This document shows positions 25,541 through 40,027 of a stretch of DNA of 64,000 bases, in pieces. How positions within the stretch are numbered: position 1 is the first letter of the stretch; every line of letters begins with the position of its first letter. Position numbers and translations under genes: made by a program. The DNA comes from Octopus sinensis. Taxonomy: Eukaryota. The notes below the pieces were generated by a model. The model saw only the letters and a list, made by a program, of their open reading frames with translations, did no database searches and was not told the DNA's origin. The stretch spans positions 37,014,001 to 37,078,000 of the forward strand of contig NC_043007.1 in assembly GCF_006345805.1 (NCBI RefSeq), in the 5' to 3' direction.

Positions 25541-25793
25541 ACATACATGCATGCATACATACATACATACATACATACATACATACATACATACATACAT
25601 ACATGCATACATACATGCATACATGCATGCATACATACATACCATACATACATATATACAACATACAAACATACATACATACAATATTACATACATGCAT
25701 GCATACATACAACATGCATGCATACATACATAATACATACATACATACATACATACATACATACATGCATGCATACATGCATGCATACATACA

Positions 25794-25827
<34 letters not shown>

Positions 25828-25925
25828 CATACATGCATGCATACATACATACATGCATGCATACATACATACATACATACATACATACATACATGCATAC
25901 ATACATGCATGCATACATGCATGCA

Positions 25926-25959
<34 letters not shown>

Positions 25960-26057
25960 CATATATACATACATGCATGCATACATACATACATGCATGC
26001 ATACATACATACATACATACATGCATACATACATACATACATACATACATACATACA

Positions 26058-26091
<34 letters not shown>

Positions 26092-26420
26092 CATATATAC
26101 ATACATGCATGCATACATACATACATGCATGCATACATACATACATACATACATACATACATGCATACATACATGCATGCATACATGCATGCATACATAC
26201 ATACATACATACATGCATACATACATGCATGCATACATACATACATGCATGCATGCATGCATGCATACATACATACATACATACATACATACATACATAC
26301 ACACACATACATACATACATACATACATACATGCATGCACGCATCCATCCATCCATCCATCCATACATACATACATACATACATACATACATACATACAT
26401 ACATACATACACGCATGCAT
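25541..26420. repeat. ~880-bp (ATAC)n/(ATGC) tetranucleotide array
   Basis: Direct inspection; source of the long MYVC/HTYI pseudo-ORFs. Confidence 0.95.
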
Positions 26421-27399
26421 GTATGTATACATGAATAGTAAGGTCGTCTCATTTCTATGGCTATCATCGAGTCAAACATACATTCCCGCCTATATGCTTA
26501 TAAGCACACACTCACACACACACCACGCACACACACACGCTCACACATACACACACACAAACTTAGGTATGCATACCTACCTACCTACCTACCTGTCTAC
26601 TTACCTACCTACATACATACATACACACACACATACATACATACATACATACATACATACATACATACATACATACATACATACATACATACATACATAC
26701 ATACATACATAACCCTGAAGCCAAAGAAATAAGAACCGCAGTATGGTAGAAGCCATAGCCACTCATAATAAGGAGTGCAGTTGAAATGTCCATGTGAAAA
26801 CCTCAATAAAGTGTAAGCATAATAGACCTGACATAGTGATTTGAACCAGAGAAGAGAAACTCTATGCAGTTGTGGAAATCGATTCCAAATACTGTATATT
26901 CCAATATATATACATACAAAAATATTCTGCTGATGTTGCTGAAATTCCAAAGAACGAGTCTTGGATCTAGGTTAGAAACCGGCACTTTCTCTATTAGCAA
27001 GAAAGTTTAATTTTGAAATGAAACTGAATAATGACATACATAGACAAAAAGTATGTGGTCATCTACCTTATCATGGTGGTTACCTACCTTATCAATGTGC
27101 ATACATGTTCGAAAATCAAAGGGAAAGAGAATAACAATGGACAACTGCTACGGGTCTTCCAGCTTCTAAACCCAGATTGTAAATCCACTTTTATACCAAT
27201 AATTATGGGTGCATTTAGTTTTGTGAGTCTAACTGAGGTTTTCGGAAAAAGAAGTCAACCAGCTAAGTTCAAAATGAGAATTTGTCTATGTTATCTACAT
27301 TCCAACTGCACGTATACTTTTTAATGGAATTTATGCAAAAAAAAACAAACAAAAAAACTGAAACTAATATAAAACCATTGGATCAACTTAATCTTTATT

Positions 27400-28190
27400 A
27401 AAAATTTGAAGACCCACTTCCGGTGCTTAGCACTGTTTTGAGTTCGATAAATACCAGATGCAGTGAAGCAAGAAATAGAAGAGCAAACCTCAAACAAGCA
27501 TTTCCAAAGAGTCCTGATGGAAAATGGTTATCCAGTACCTTCTGTCAGATACCGCTAAAGTAATAAACATCAAAGGAAGGTTACCTTCTCCAACGACAAC
27601 ATTTGCTTTCTAAAGATTCCACACTTTGATGATAACATCCCTATTACAGTCCGACAGAAAATCCAAAGGGGATGTGGATTGAATATACAGCTGAACGCCC
27701 TCTAGATCTTCTTTGAGAAAGTGTTTGTTTTGGGACGGGTACCAAACACCAACAAAACATGAACACGATCCAGTTACTCCATCGACAATATGTACCATAT
27801 GTTTAAGCGCTGATGTAAAGTCCCACAAAACATGTAATAAATATGGCGGACCTTGCTTCGGCAGTAACGAACACGAATTGCTCATCTGTATTAAAGAAAA
27901 CATTCGCTTTTTCTGTTAGGGAAACACCCCAAAAATATGCCTTCATAGCCAACATCGAATCTATAGAACGAAATGTGGGAAATTTGAGGATTAAAGATGT
28001 CATCCTTATCCAAAAGTTGAATCCCGCTGTCAACAACACGCAAGAGATGTGCGTTGCTAATTGGCTAATACAAGACAAAATATCTACGTGTTGCACACTA
28101 TTCTGAATCCTATCATATCTCCGCGGATCAGAGAAAACCTCAGTATCCATTTCCTAACTTGATGAGGTTTTCTCTTAACAGCAGAAATAT
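27400..28190 (+). mobile_element. Decayed Penelope-like element, C-terminal / GIY-YIG region
   Basis: Remnants FQRVLMENGYP, TCNKYGGPCFGSNEHELLICIKE (GIY-YIG-like) and LRIKDVILIQKLNPAVN. Confidence 0.6.
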
Positions 28191-28206
28191 ATCATTCTAA
28201 GGAAGT

Positions 28207-28395
<189 letters not shown>

Positions 28396-29053
28396 TCAAA
28401 ATGTATTCTAATCGAAATAAGCAAAACTGAAATTAAAGAACGAGATGCCTTTTGACAAGTCACCTGACAAAGCACATCTGCATCGAATGATGTATTACAA
28501 ATATTTATGCAGAATCTCACCCCCGAGGGACCGATTCACAATGAGTTGAAATAATCGTAATGACTAATAAAGAATCTCGTTAATTCCACTTTCTTTCTCT
28601 TTCTCTCATATGTTATAAACTCTACAGACACTAAAGAATTTTGAATTAAGTCCAGCGGCGTTTAAATCCATCCTGCTGATGAAATCAGATAGACAAATAC
28701 GGTGAACGGGCTTTAAACGACATACTACAATATGTATCCTCAAATTCAAAATCATTGTTAATGTATATACTTATACATATGTGTGTATCCATGTGTGTGA
28801 GTATGTTTGTTTAGCTAAAGTAGAAATTCAAAATTTTTCATTCCGTACGCAGTCTTTTTCCACTAAAAGTACATAAAGAAATTTAGATTTAACCTATGCT
28901 CGAAGCTATAGGTTATGTCAGTCAGATGACTGAAACAAATAATATATATATACTCTTTTACTCTTTTACTTGTTGGAGCAACGCCTTTAGTCGAGCAAAT
29001 CGACCCCGGGACTTATAGATATATGTATAACATCTATGTATATGCATATAATG

Positions 29054-29123
<70 letters not shown>

Positions 29124-29187
29124 CATTTATACATATATATACATATATCTATACACTCATACATACATATTTACACGTATGTATGTG

Positions 29188-29226
<39 letters not shown>

Positions 29227-29721
29227 TATATATTATACATATACGTATTTACATATACACACACATATACACAAACATTTATATATATACAGACATACAC
29301 ACACTCACTCACTCAAACACTCACACCCATATATAACAAACATATACACACACACATGCATATATGAATGTTCAAATGAATACCATATCTCGGGTCTAAA
29401 TATTTTGTGCGACGTAAAGATGTTAGCACACGCAACTAGTTGAAAATGTAGAAAGAAAATGATGAAGAAGAAGCGCGTGCTTTCCATTGCTCAGTGAACT
29501 TCCGTCGTATTATGTATTCCACTTGACATATAATAGACGCTGTTGTTTGTATTATTTCCGGCGAACAATATAAGCTAATATATCCACTCAAATTTTCATT
29601 ACCTTTAAATGCGGAAACCAGTTTTATATATCAATCCATCTTTTGTTGAGGAACGTCATTTTCGAAACTACTTTCGTTTCGGGTGTATCAATTTTATTGA
29701 GAGAACGTGATTTGCAGTAAA

Positions 29722-30114
29722 TCTATATATATAAAACTGTAGTTGTGTGAGTGTCTGTCCCCTTCGATTTAGATTCCTAACTACTCCCACATTTTGCGGT
29801 GCAGTTTAACCAAAACCGGGTATCTTGTAGTCGTGATTCATATCGAGCCCTTCTGGGTATTAGCGCGCGTCTACGATGAGTCTACGATTTTAAAAATAAT
29901 TTACCATCATTTTTTTCCATTTTCATGCATATTTTTTTAAAGGGAAGTAACTCTCTAAAAATGTCTACGATGAGTCAATGATTTAAAAAAAATTTACCAT
30001 CATATTTTTTCCATTTTTAATGCATTTTTTTGCTATTTTTTTACTATAACTCTCTAAAAATGCTGTATAGTTATTTCCCTTACAAACCCGAGCAACGCCG
30101 GGCGATACTGCTAG
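29722..30114 (+). mobile_element. Non-autonomous Helitron (family H1)
   Basis: Same termini and 5' body as 14617-15126, different interior; CTAG at 30111-30114, A|T target. Confidence 0.85.
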
Positions 30115-30199
30115 TACTATATATATTTGTAGATTTTTAACATCATTGCTGGAATAGCTATAAAATTTAATTTTGCAGTGAAAAAGTAAAATATGTATA

Positions 30200-30385
30200 T
30201 ACAAAGTATATAATATACGTTTGAAGAAAACCTCTTGTGCTAGTGAAAAACATGCTTGGCTCCAAGTTAGTCCATAAGAAGTCTGGAGCATTTTATAAGT
30301 TTCTGTATTTTTGCGCACTTCAGCGCAAAATTTCATTGCATAGCAAACTTCCAGATTATCTTCACATCTCAACTGCATTCTGCAT
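30200..30385 (-). pseudogene. Mariner transposase N-terminal fragment
   Basis: Translation CYAMKFC...TETYKMLQTSYG resembles the mariner N-terminal HTH. Confidence 0.45.
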
Positions 30386-30423
30386 AATCAGCTGTGAGAA
30401 GCAGTATTTAGTGTATACATATA

Positions 30424-31693
30424 CAGGGGTTGGACAAAATAATGGAAATACCTTGCATCATAGCATCATCATTTTGAAATATCTATAAAACCGTCAAAAG
30501 CTTGTTTATTTTTACGCTTTTAATTTATTATTAATCGTGTTGCTTAATATGTTTTGCTAAAATTGCTGTTTCTTTTCAGACATCATCAGAAAAAAGTAAT
30601 TAAAATTCAGTAAAATGACAGATCTATCGGACTTTCAAAGAGGTCAAATTGTTCGTGTTTCTATGGCAGGCTCTAACGTAACGAAAACAGCCGAAATGTT
30701 TGGTATATCAAAAAGTACTGTCTCGAAAGTAATGACAGCCTTTGAGAAAGAGGGAAAAACCTCCTCGTCGAAACAAAACTCCGGAAGAAAAACAAAACCT
30801 TCTGATAGGGACCGTGGGACTCTTACGTGAATTGTTAGAAAGGATCACCAAAGTACAGCTCCCAAAATTACTGCAGAGCTTAATGACAACCTCAAGAACC
30901 CAGTTTCTATAAAAAAAAAAACTGTTTGCCGGAAGCTGCAAAAAGCCGGATTTCATGGGAGAGCTGCAATCAGAAAACCACTACTTTCAAAACAAACGTT
31001 GCAAAGCATTTAGAGTGGAATAAAAACCTACAGAATTGGTCCCTAGAGCAAAGGAAGAATGTTATTATTATTATTTTTTTTTTTTGGACGAGTTATCCTT
31101 TGCCTTATTTCCGACCACCAGCCGAGAATATGTGTGGAGACAGCCAAAAGAAGCATTTGACCCAGACTGCCTTCTTCCAACTGTTAAACATGGAGGAGCA
31201 TCAGTGATAATCTGGGAAGCTATATCTTGGAAATCCGCCGGTCCAATGGTTCCCCTTCATGGCAGAATTAATAGTCAAGACAATTTAAGCATTTTTTCTG
31301 ATCAAATTCATCCTATAGTTGCGGAACTGTTTCTGGATGGAAACGCAATTTTTCAGGATGATAATGCATCAATTCACACAGAGGAATATTCTAGTGAAGT
31401 TGAACATCTTATCTAGCCGCCGTAGTCCCCAGATCTCAATATTATTGAACATTTATGGTGCAGTTTAGAAAAACAAGTAAGGAGTCGATATCCTCCACCA
31501 TCATCACTACAAGAACTGGAGACTGTTTTAGCTGAAGAATGGACAAATATTCCTTTGGAAACAATTCAAACTTCGTACGAGTCCATAGCTCGTAGAATTC
31601 AAGCTGTAATTACTGCCAAAGGCGGTCCTACCCCATATTGAAATAAATTCGTTTGAAATTTTAAGGTGTTTCCATTATTTTGCCCAACCCCTG
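30424..31693 (+). mobile_element. Tc1-like transposon, full length, transposase disrupted
   Basis: 31-bp TIRs CAGGGGTTGG(A/G)CAAAATAATGGAAA(T/C)ACCTT, TA TSD. Transposase remnant ~30615-31640: LSDFQRGQIV, SGRK, PTVKHGG, FQDDNA, SPDLNIIEHLW. Confidence 0.92.
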
Positions 31694-31700
31694 TATTTAT

Positions 31701-33000
31701 CATAGGCCTGCGGTCCATGGAAGCAAAGGAAGCAATGCCTCCCTTAAAAATTATAGAAACGAAATTGAAACTATATTACTTATTTTTCATAAGATCGTTC
31801 TTCTAATGTTCTGTAAAATTAATATAAGCTACATGACATCATAGGCTTTAGACTTTTATTGTTGGAATTAGCATGAGACGACGATCAGTGGCAGACGACA
31901 CAAAAAAATCTGTGCAAGGGAAGCAACGTGAGCTGTTACATCCTTTTCGGTGTAATATTTTAACGTTTTATTTTCCGATTAATATGCCAGTAAGAGCTGA
32001 TAACGAATAGTTTTAGATGCTAATAAATACTTATACGCTTAGATTAAGTTTCTGTCAATTCGCAATACCTATGATATATATAATCTTACATAGAAAAAGG
32101 GAAGCAAGTTGACATTCTGCTTCTATCAGAAACATGGTGAAAAGATTACACCCGCGTAGTTTTCTGCATTTATTCAGCAAATATTTTTATACTTTTTTAA
32201 ATTACAGAACACCTTTTTTTGTTCATTGTATGGACCATAGATTAAATCTAGTTCTGTCTCAAGCGGCTGCAAATATTCAAGAAGGCGATAAGTCTTTTTC
32301 ACAGATAAAGTCTTTTCCGTTATTTTTTTGTGTGTCAAACAAACGCGTTCATCTATTAGATACTGAAATTAAAAAGCGTTTTCCAAAAGTGGCGCCAGCT
32401 TGCTGAAACTTGAATCATTCGTTGGCAGAAACAGTTCGTGGATATCATGAGCAACTTGCTGATTTATTCCTAAACGCCATTGATAATTCAAGTAAATGGG
32501 ACACGGAAAGCTATACCTATGCTCAGGCGTTGTATTCTAATTTACAAAATTGTGTTACATATGCTTGGAGATATTTTTATTTACACAAATACAGCATTTG
32601 ACATCCTCCAGAAAAAAAAAACATTTTACATATCCTACTGTATTCGTAAAGTAAATGAAATTGTGAAAGTTTTGAAAGAAAAAAAGCATGGATTTTCTAA
32701 AATTTGGACTAACGTTGATGGCATTTATCTTCAAATGAAGAAAAGAAAAAATGCGTTTGAAACAAGAAGAAAGATGCAGACAGCTGTTCTACAAAATTAT
32801 AGATTTAATTTGTGAGCAAATTGAGATACAATTTCAAAATTTAAATGAATTACATTTTTTAGCGATTCTCGATCCAACGAGACAAAATAACGACGTCCAG
32901 GAAACATCTCGAGCTTGCCTTAAATAATCTTATGGAGACCATTTCGACAGCTAAAAGATAAAAAGCGAACGATCCTCGAATATTCATTGACATTCCATCG
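31701..33000 (+). mobile_element. hAT-superfamily transposon remnant
   Basis: FVHCMDHRLNLVL (CxxH motif) and downstream hAT-like frames at ~32200-32950; boundaries uncertain. Confidence 0.6.
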
Positions 33001-33150
33001 TATGGCAGATTGCAATTGCCATGGAACAAGTTATCCTTATTTATATTGATAATTATATTGAGCTACATTTACACTGTTAAAGTTATGCATAGTTCATTCT
33101 GTGTTTATAAATTAAAAAAGTAATATTATATATCCAAATGAACATATATA

Positions 33151-33770
33151 CAGGTTGGGCGGCGGAAAAGTTCATGGGCTGACCAACAACTTACATGAAA
33201 TTTAACCAAATGACGTTTATTTTTCAACATAGTCCTCCTTACGGTCCACACACTTCTTCAGTCGGTGTTGTAGTGCTTGGATCCCATTGTTGAAGAAGCT
33301 TTCATCCCGTTGATCAAAAATGTCATCAGCAACAGATATGATGTCATCGTCACTGCGATACTGGTTCCCAGCCATGAGTTTTTTTTATGTTAGGGAACAG
33401 ATGTTAGCCGCATGGGGCCAAATCAAGGGAATGGGGACGATGATTAGCCAGTTCAAAGCCACAGTCACGCACAGCAGTCATTGATACCAAGAACATCTGC
33501 GCTGGAGCATTGTCCTGATGGAACAAGACCTCTTTCGTCAGTTTTCCTCTGCGTTTGGTTTTGTTGGTCTTTTATAATTGTCTCAACAAGTTAGCTTAGT
33601 AATCTTTATTGATGGTGTGGCCATTTTGAAGATAGTCAATAAATACAATGCCTTTTGCCACCACCTTCCCTACAATGACATTGGCCTTTTTTGGAGCAGG
33701 TGAAGAGGCTTCTCGAAATCAGAAAGGAGAAAGCTGATTCGAAGACTTCAGATCCATTCCATCACTGGAA
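33151..33770 (-). mobile_element. Mariner (irritans/Himar-like) 3' fragment
   Basis: KGIVFIDYLQNGHTIN, VLFHQDNAPA, DLAP, GIQALQHRLKKCVDRKEDYVEK; terminal repeat next to TA at ~33150. Confidence 0.75.
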
Positions 33771-34047
33771 CTGTAAAAATATGTAAAACATTCCAGAAGT
33801 CCATTATTTAAATATATTTGAGCATATCTAGATATGCAACGATATGCATGAGAATACATTCATAAAACAAAACATAGAAATTCGCACATACACGTACAAA
33901 CAAAAATACTCTGTTGTTGATGCTGAAATTCCAATGAATGGATCAAGGTTACAAACCGCCTCTTTCTCTATTGGCAAGAAATCTTGAAATAAAACTGAAC
34001 AATGACAGACAGGCACGCGCAAGCACACACACACAGACACACACACA

Positions 34048-34089
<42 letters not shown>

Positions 34090-34139
34090 TACACATACAT
34101 ACATACATACATACATACATACATACATACATACATACA

Positions 34140-34525
34140 TCTATATATAAAGCTGAAGTTGTCTGTGTATGGCAGGTTTGGTAGCCTTCAACTAACACTA
34201 TCTCTTCCGAGACCCTGCGGCGCAAGTTGACCAAAATTGACAGTATGATAGAAGAAGGCTTGCTCTTCATTCCGTAGAAAAAAATTCAAATCGGACCATG
34301 TTAACACCAAAAATTATTTACATCAAAAAGGTGCTTTTTTTCTATGAAAATCCCTATTTTTTACGATATTTTGACTGCTGTGTCGCCATTTTTCGGTGTA
34401 TTTCAACCAGAAAAATGTTCACTTAAAGAGACTAACAAGCTACATAATGCAGCATTTTTACTTTTCAAAAATTCCAATTCTAAAGGGTCGAAACAAACCC
34501 GAGCAACGCCGGGCGATACTGATAG
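34140..34525 (+). mobile_element. Non-autonomous Helitron (family H2)
   Basis: Close copy of 23889-24283; terminal CTAG mutated to ATAG. Confidence 0.85.
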
Positions 34526-34840
34526 TACATACATACATACATACATACATACATACATACATACATACATACGTACATACATACATACATACATACATAC
34601 ATACATACATACATACATAAACCTTACAAATGCAATCTACATGCGCAACAGTAAAACAGGACCTTCTCAAGTTCAAAATGACATTGTTTTGTTATCTGCA
34701 TTTCAACGATGGCGCTTTGCATATTTGTTAGAAACCAGCTCCTCCCTTACAGGAAGACTTCAAATAATTAAAATCAAAATCGAAAACATACCTACATATG
34801 TGCATACATGCAGTCTCACACACATACACACAAAAGTGTA

Positions 34841-35249
34841 TACTCTTTACTCTTTTACTTGTTTCAGTCATTTGACTGCGGCCATGCTGGAGCACGGTCT
34901 TTAGTCGAACAAATCGACCCAAGTACTTATTCTTTGTAAGCCCAGTACTTATTCTATCGGTCTCTTTTTTGCCGAACCGCTAAGTGACGGCGACGTAAAC
35001 ACACTAGCATCGGTTGTCAAGCAATGCCAGGGGGACAAACACAGACACACAAACATACACGCAGATACATATATATACATATATACGACGGGCTTCTTTC
35101 AGTTTCCGTTACCAAATCCACTCACAAGGCTTTGGTCGGCCCGAGGCTATAGCAGAAGACACTTACCCAAGATGCTACGCAGTGGGACTGAACCCGGTAC
35201 CATGTGGTTGGTTAGCAAGCTACTTACCACACAGCCACTCCTGCGCCTA
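34841..35249 (-). mobile_element. SINE family B, full length
   Basis: Head, body and tail as above. Confidence 0.85.
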
Positions 35250-35494
35250 TGTATTCTACTACAGAATAAATGTAGTTTCCATATCCTTATCTAACTAATC
35301 GATGGACGGTGAAACTCGCTAGTAATGTAATGGATTGTTAATCCAGCATTTTGATAAATTCATGCGACGCAACATTTTAATTTGATTTTTTTCCCCATTG
35401 GTTTAAATTATTTGACACAAGCATAAACACTCACTTATACACTGACACGGAAATGCCTGTCTATCTATCTATCCATCTATCTATCTATCTATCG

Positions 35495-35637
<143 letters not shown>

Positions 35638-35868
35638 CACATATATATATATACATATATATATATAATATACATACATACATATACATGCTACGTACAT
35701 ATATATACACTTTACGAATTATATGTGTGTGTGTGTATGTATGTATGTATGTATGTATGTATGTATGTATGTATGTATGTATGTGTGTGTGCGCGCGCTG
35801 CGTATATGTAGATATATGTATATAGGCATATATGTGTGCGTGTGCGTGTGTAAATGTATGTTTGTATA

Positions 35869-35964
<96 letters not shown>

Positions 35965-36149
35965 TAGTCATACACATGTACACTCACAGACACAAATGGA
36001 AACATACACATACACACACACATGCACGCACGCACACACAAGCTTGTTGCTTGTTGCTAACCATTGATATCCGGGGAAATATCATTTTACCTAGCTGGTG
36101 TTTATAAGTTACCTTTTAACAGCTCCAAGTTTTTGTTGTTTTTATTTAT

Positions 36150-36178
36150 CAATTATCACACGCACGTACACACACACA

Positions 36179-36224
<46 letters not shown>

Positions 36225-36310
36225 AATACATACACATATACGCCTTTCCATCTCTCTCTCTCTCTCTGTACACATATATATACATGTATATATATATATA
36301 CATATATATG

Positions 36311-36360
<50 letters not shown>

Positions 36361-36521
36361 CATTTATATATATATGTATATATATGTGTGTAATATATAT
36401 ATATATACATATATAAATATATATATATTTATATATAATATATATAGAGAGAGAGAGAGCATATATAAATATATAGAGCATGGCCGCAGTCAAATGACTG
36501 AAACAAGTAAAAGAGTAAAGA

Positions 36522-36559
<38 letters not shown>

Positions 36560-36880
36560 TCTTTTACTCTTTTACTCTTTTACTTGTTTCAGTCATTTGA
36601 CTGCGGCCATGATGGAGCACCGCCTTTAGTCGAGCAAATCGACCCCGGGACTTATTCTTTGTAAGCCCAGTACTTATTCTATCGGTCTCTGTTTTGCCGA
36701 ACCGCTAGGTGACGGGGACGTAAACACACAAGCATCGGTTGTCAAGCAATGCTAGGGGGACAAACACACACACACACACCACACACACACAACACACACA
36801 CAAACAAATACATACACATATACGCCTTTCCATCTCTCTCTCTCTCTCTGTACACATATATATACATGTATATATATATA

Positions 36881-36935
<55 letters not shown>

Positions 36936-37110
36936 TATATACATTTATATATATATATGTATATATATGTGTGTATATATATATATATATATACATATAT
37001 AAATATATATATATTTATATATTATATATATATAGAGAGAGAGAGAGCATATATAAATATATAGAGCATGGCCGCAGTCAAATGACTGAAACAAGTAAAA
37101 GAGTAAAGAG

Positions 37111-37141
<31 letters not shown>

Positions 37142-37353
37142 TTACTCTTTTACTCTTTTACTTGTTTCAGTCATTTGACTGCGGCCATGATGGAGCACCG
37201 CCTTTAGTCGAGCAAATCGACCCCGGGACTTATTCTTTGTAAGCCCAGTACTTATTCTATCGGTCTCTGTTTTGCCGAACCGCTAGGTGACGGGGACGTA
37301 AACACACAAGCATCGGTTGTCAAGCAATGCTAGGGGGACAAACACAGAACACA

Positions 37354-37388
<35 letters not shown>

Positions 37389-37761
37389 TATATATATATA
37401 CATATATACGACAGGCTTCTTTCAGTTTCCGTCTACCAAATCCACTCACAAGGCATTGGTCGGCCCGGGGCTATAGCAGAAGACACTTGCCCAAGATGCC
37501 ACGCAGTGGAACTGAACCGGACCATGTGGTTGGTTAGCAAGCTACTTACCACACAGCCACTCCTGCACCTATATATACATATATATATATACATATATAC
37601 GACAGGCTTCTTTCAGTTTCCGTCTACCAAATCCACTCACAAGGCATTGGTCGGCCCGGGGCTATAGCAGAAGACACTTGCCCAAGATGCCACGCAGTGG
37701 AACTGAACCGGAACCATGTGGTTGGTTAGCAAGCTACTTACCACACAGCCACTCCTGCACC

Positions 37762-37763
<2 letters not shown>
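36150..37763. repeat. ~590-bp tandem duplication of SINE B pieces with inverted tails, followed by tandem B heads
   Basis: 36478-36770 recurs at 37066-37350; each copy has a + tail facing a - tail across (TA)n. Confidence 0.8.
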
Positions 37764-37810
<47 letters not shown>

Positions 37811-37821
37811 TATATATATAC

Positions 37822-37866
<45 letters not shown>

Positions 37867-38619
37867 TGTGTGTGCGTATACATGTATGCATATGTATGTA
37901 TGTATTATTTTCCAGTTCTATACTGTTCCACAAAATTTATTTTATTGATTTCCGACATATTTATTATATATTTATATAGCGTTTGTCCAGTAGAGTTTTG
38001 TGATGAAAAGCGTTAAGTTGGTCAATCGGCCAACAAGGGTTTCTATGTATTTATTGATTAGTTTTGTTTTGTTTTGTTTCGTTTTGTTATTTATTTGTCT
38101 GTGTATCCATGTGCATACATCAAGTTTTGCAAGTGATATATTGACTTTATGGTAAACGAGTAATATATCTGACATGAAAAAGTGATTTCCGACTTCATCC
38201 ACGCCATTAGTGGACTCCATTTTGCTGTATGCATACGAGCCAAATTTGTTTTCTATGAATAGCTTCCCTCTATATTCTCATCATCAAACTCCGAGGCTCT
38301 AAAACACTAACAAACAAAAAAATAATAATAATAATAAATAAAGTATGATTGGCTTGGCCCTTTCTAATCTAAGTTCTAAATCGTGTAAAAAATGCATGAA
38401 CAAAACGTTGTTATTGCGATTGTTATTGTTACTGTGAAGGCGCATGGTTTAGTTGTCGTGAGTTCGATATTCAGCGACGTGTTTTGTCCTTGAGCAAGTT
38501 TATCTTCATACACAATATATAAGTGTACCTCATTATTGTGTCTCTATCCAGACTCGTACACCCCGCTCTGCTAGCTGGACTGTGTGTGTGTGCGTATCTA
38601 TTTATGTTTTATTTTTTTA

Positions 38620-39057
38620 CTACCCACAAGGGGCTATACATAGAAGGGACAAACAAGGACAGACAAACGGATTAAGTCGATTATATCGACCCCATTGCGT
38701 AACTGGTACTTATTTAATCGACCCCGAAAGGATGAAAGGTAAAGTCGACCTCGGCGGAATTTGAACTCAACGTAACGGCAGACGAAATACCGCTAAGCAC
38801 TTCGCCCAGCGTGCTAACGTTTCTTATTTCTTTATTGCCCAAAAGGGGCTAAACATAGAAGGGACAAACAATGACAGACACACGGATTAAATCGATTATA
38901 TCGACTCCAGTGCGTAACTGGTACTTATTTAATCGACCCCGAAAGAATGAAAAGCAAAGTCGACCTTGGTGGAATTTGAACTCAGAACGTAACGGCAGAC
39001 GAAATACCGCTAAGCATTTCGCCTGGCGTGCTAACGTTTCTGCCAGCTCGCCGCCTT
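38620..39057 (-). mobile_element. SINE family A dimer
   Basis: Full unit plus a second unit starting within the head at AAACGTTAGCACG. Confidence 0.85.
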
Positions 39058-39090
39058 GTGTATCTATTTATGTTTGTATGCATGTACAGT

Positions 39091-39405
39091 TGCGTTGCTT
39101 AGTGGTTAGGGTATTCGGCCCACGATCGTAAAGTCATGATTTCAATACCCGGCGAGGCGTTGTGTTCTTATGAACGACACTTTATTTCATGTTGCTCCAG
39201 TTTACTCAGCTGGCAAAAATGAATAGTACCTGTAATTCAAAGGGCCAGCCTTGTCACATTCTGTCATGCTGAATCTCCCTGAGAATTACAGTAAGGATAC
39301 ACGTGTCTGTGGAGTGCTCAGCCACTTGCATGTAAATTTCACGAAAAGGCTGTTCCATTGATCCAACCAACTGGAACCCTCATCGTCGTAAGCGACGGAG
39401 TACCA
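39091..39405 (+). mobile_element. SINE head C + tail 2
   Basis: C-type head and body, then GTACCTGTAATTCAAAGGGCC...GTGTCTGTGGAGTGCTCAGCCACTTGC...CGACGGAGT. Confidence 0.75.
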
Positions 39406-39552
39406 GTTATTGTTATTGAGTAGCCCATGTTTGCCCTGATCCTGTTAACCTGTGGTTAAATGTGTTCCATCTGTGGCCATCCAGCCGTCTATATAGATTT
39501 TTACCCTCGCATTGCATTTGAGACTATATTCTTTCATCATTTGATCTATTAT

Positions 39553-39730
39553 TTGTTTCAGTCATTTGACTGCGGCCATGCTGGTGTAGTGCGCTGAATG
39601 GTTTAGTCGAACAAATCTACCCGGGGACTTATTCTATCGGTCTCTTTTGCCGAACTACTAAGTTACAGGGACGCAAACACACCAGCATCGGTTGTCAGGC
39701 GATGTTGGGTGGACAAACACAGACACACAA

Positions 39731-39773
<43 letters not shown>

Positions 39774-39791
39774 ACACACACATATATATAT

Positions 39792-39866
<75 letters not shown>

Positions 39867-40027
39867 GACGGGCTTCTTTCAGTTTCCGTCTACCAAATCC
39901 ACTCACAAGGCTTTGGTCGGCCCGAGGCTATAGTTGAAGACACTTGCCCAAGGTGCCACGCAGTGGGACTGAACCCGGAACCATGTGGTTCGTAAGCAAA
40001 CTACTTACCACACAGCCACTCCTACGC
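39553..40027 (-). mobile_element. SINE family B
   Basis: Head, body and tail as above. Confidence 0.85.

Noticed and set aside
25482-26712. ORFs of 200-369 aa (MYVC.../HTYI...)
   Set aside because: Translations of the (ATAC)n array; stop-free only because of repeat composition.
28130-28190. Second hammerhead at the end of the Penelope remnant
   Set aside because: Only TTGATGAG and a GAGAAAACCTCA/TGAGGTTTTCTC stem are present; the core and stems I and III cannot be assembled.
30200-33770. Mariner 5' fragment (30.2 kb) and 3' fragment (33.2-33.8 kb) as one split element
   Set aside because: Both are on minus, but their order is the reverse of what a single interrupted element requires.
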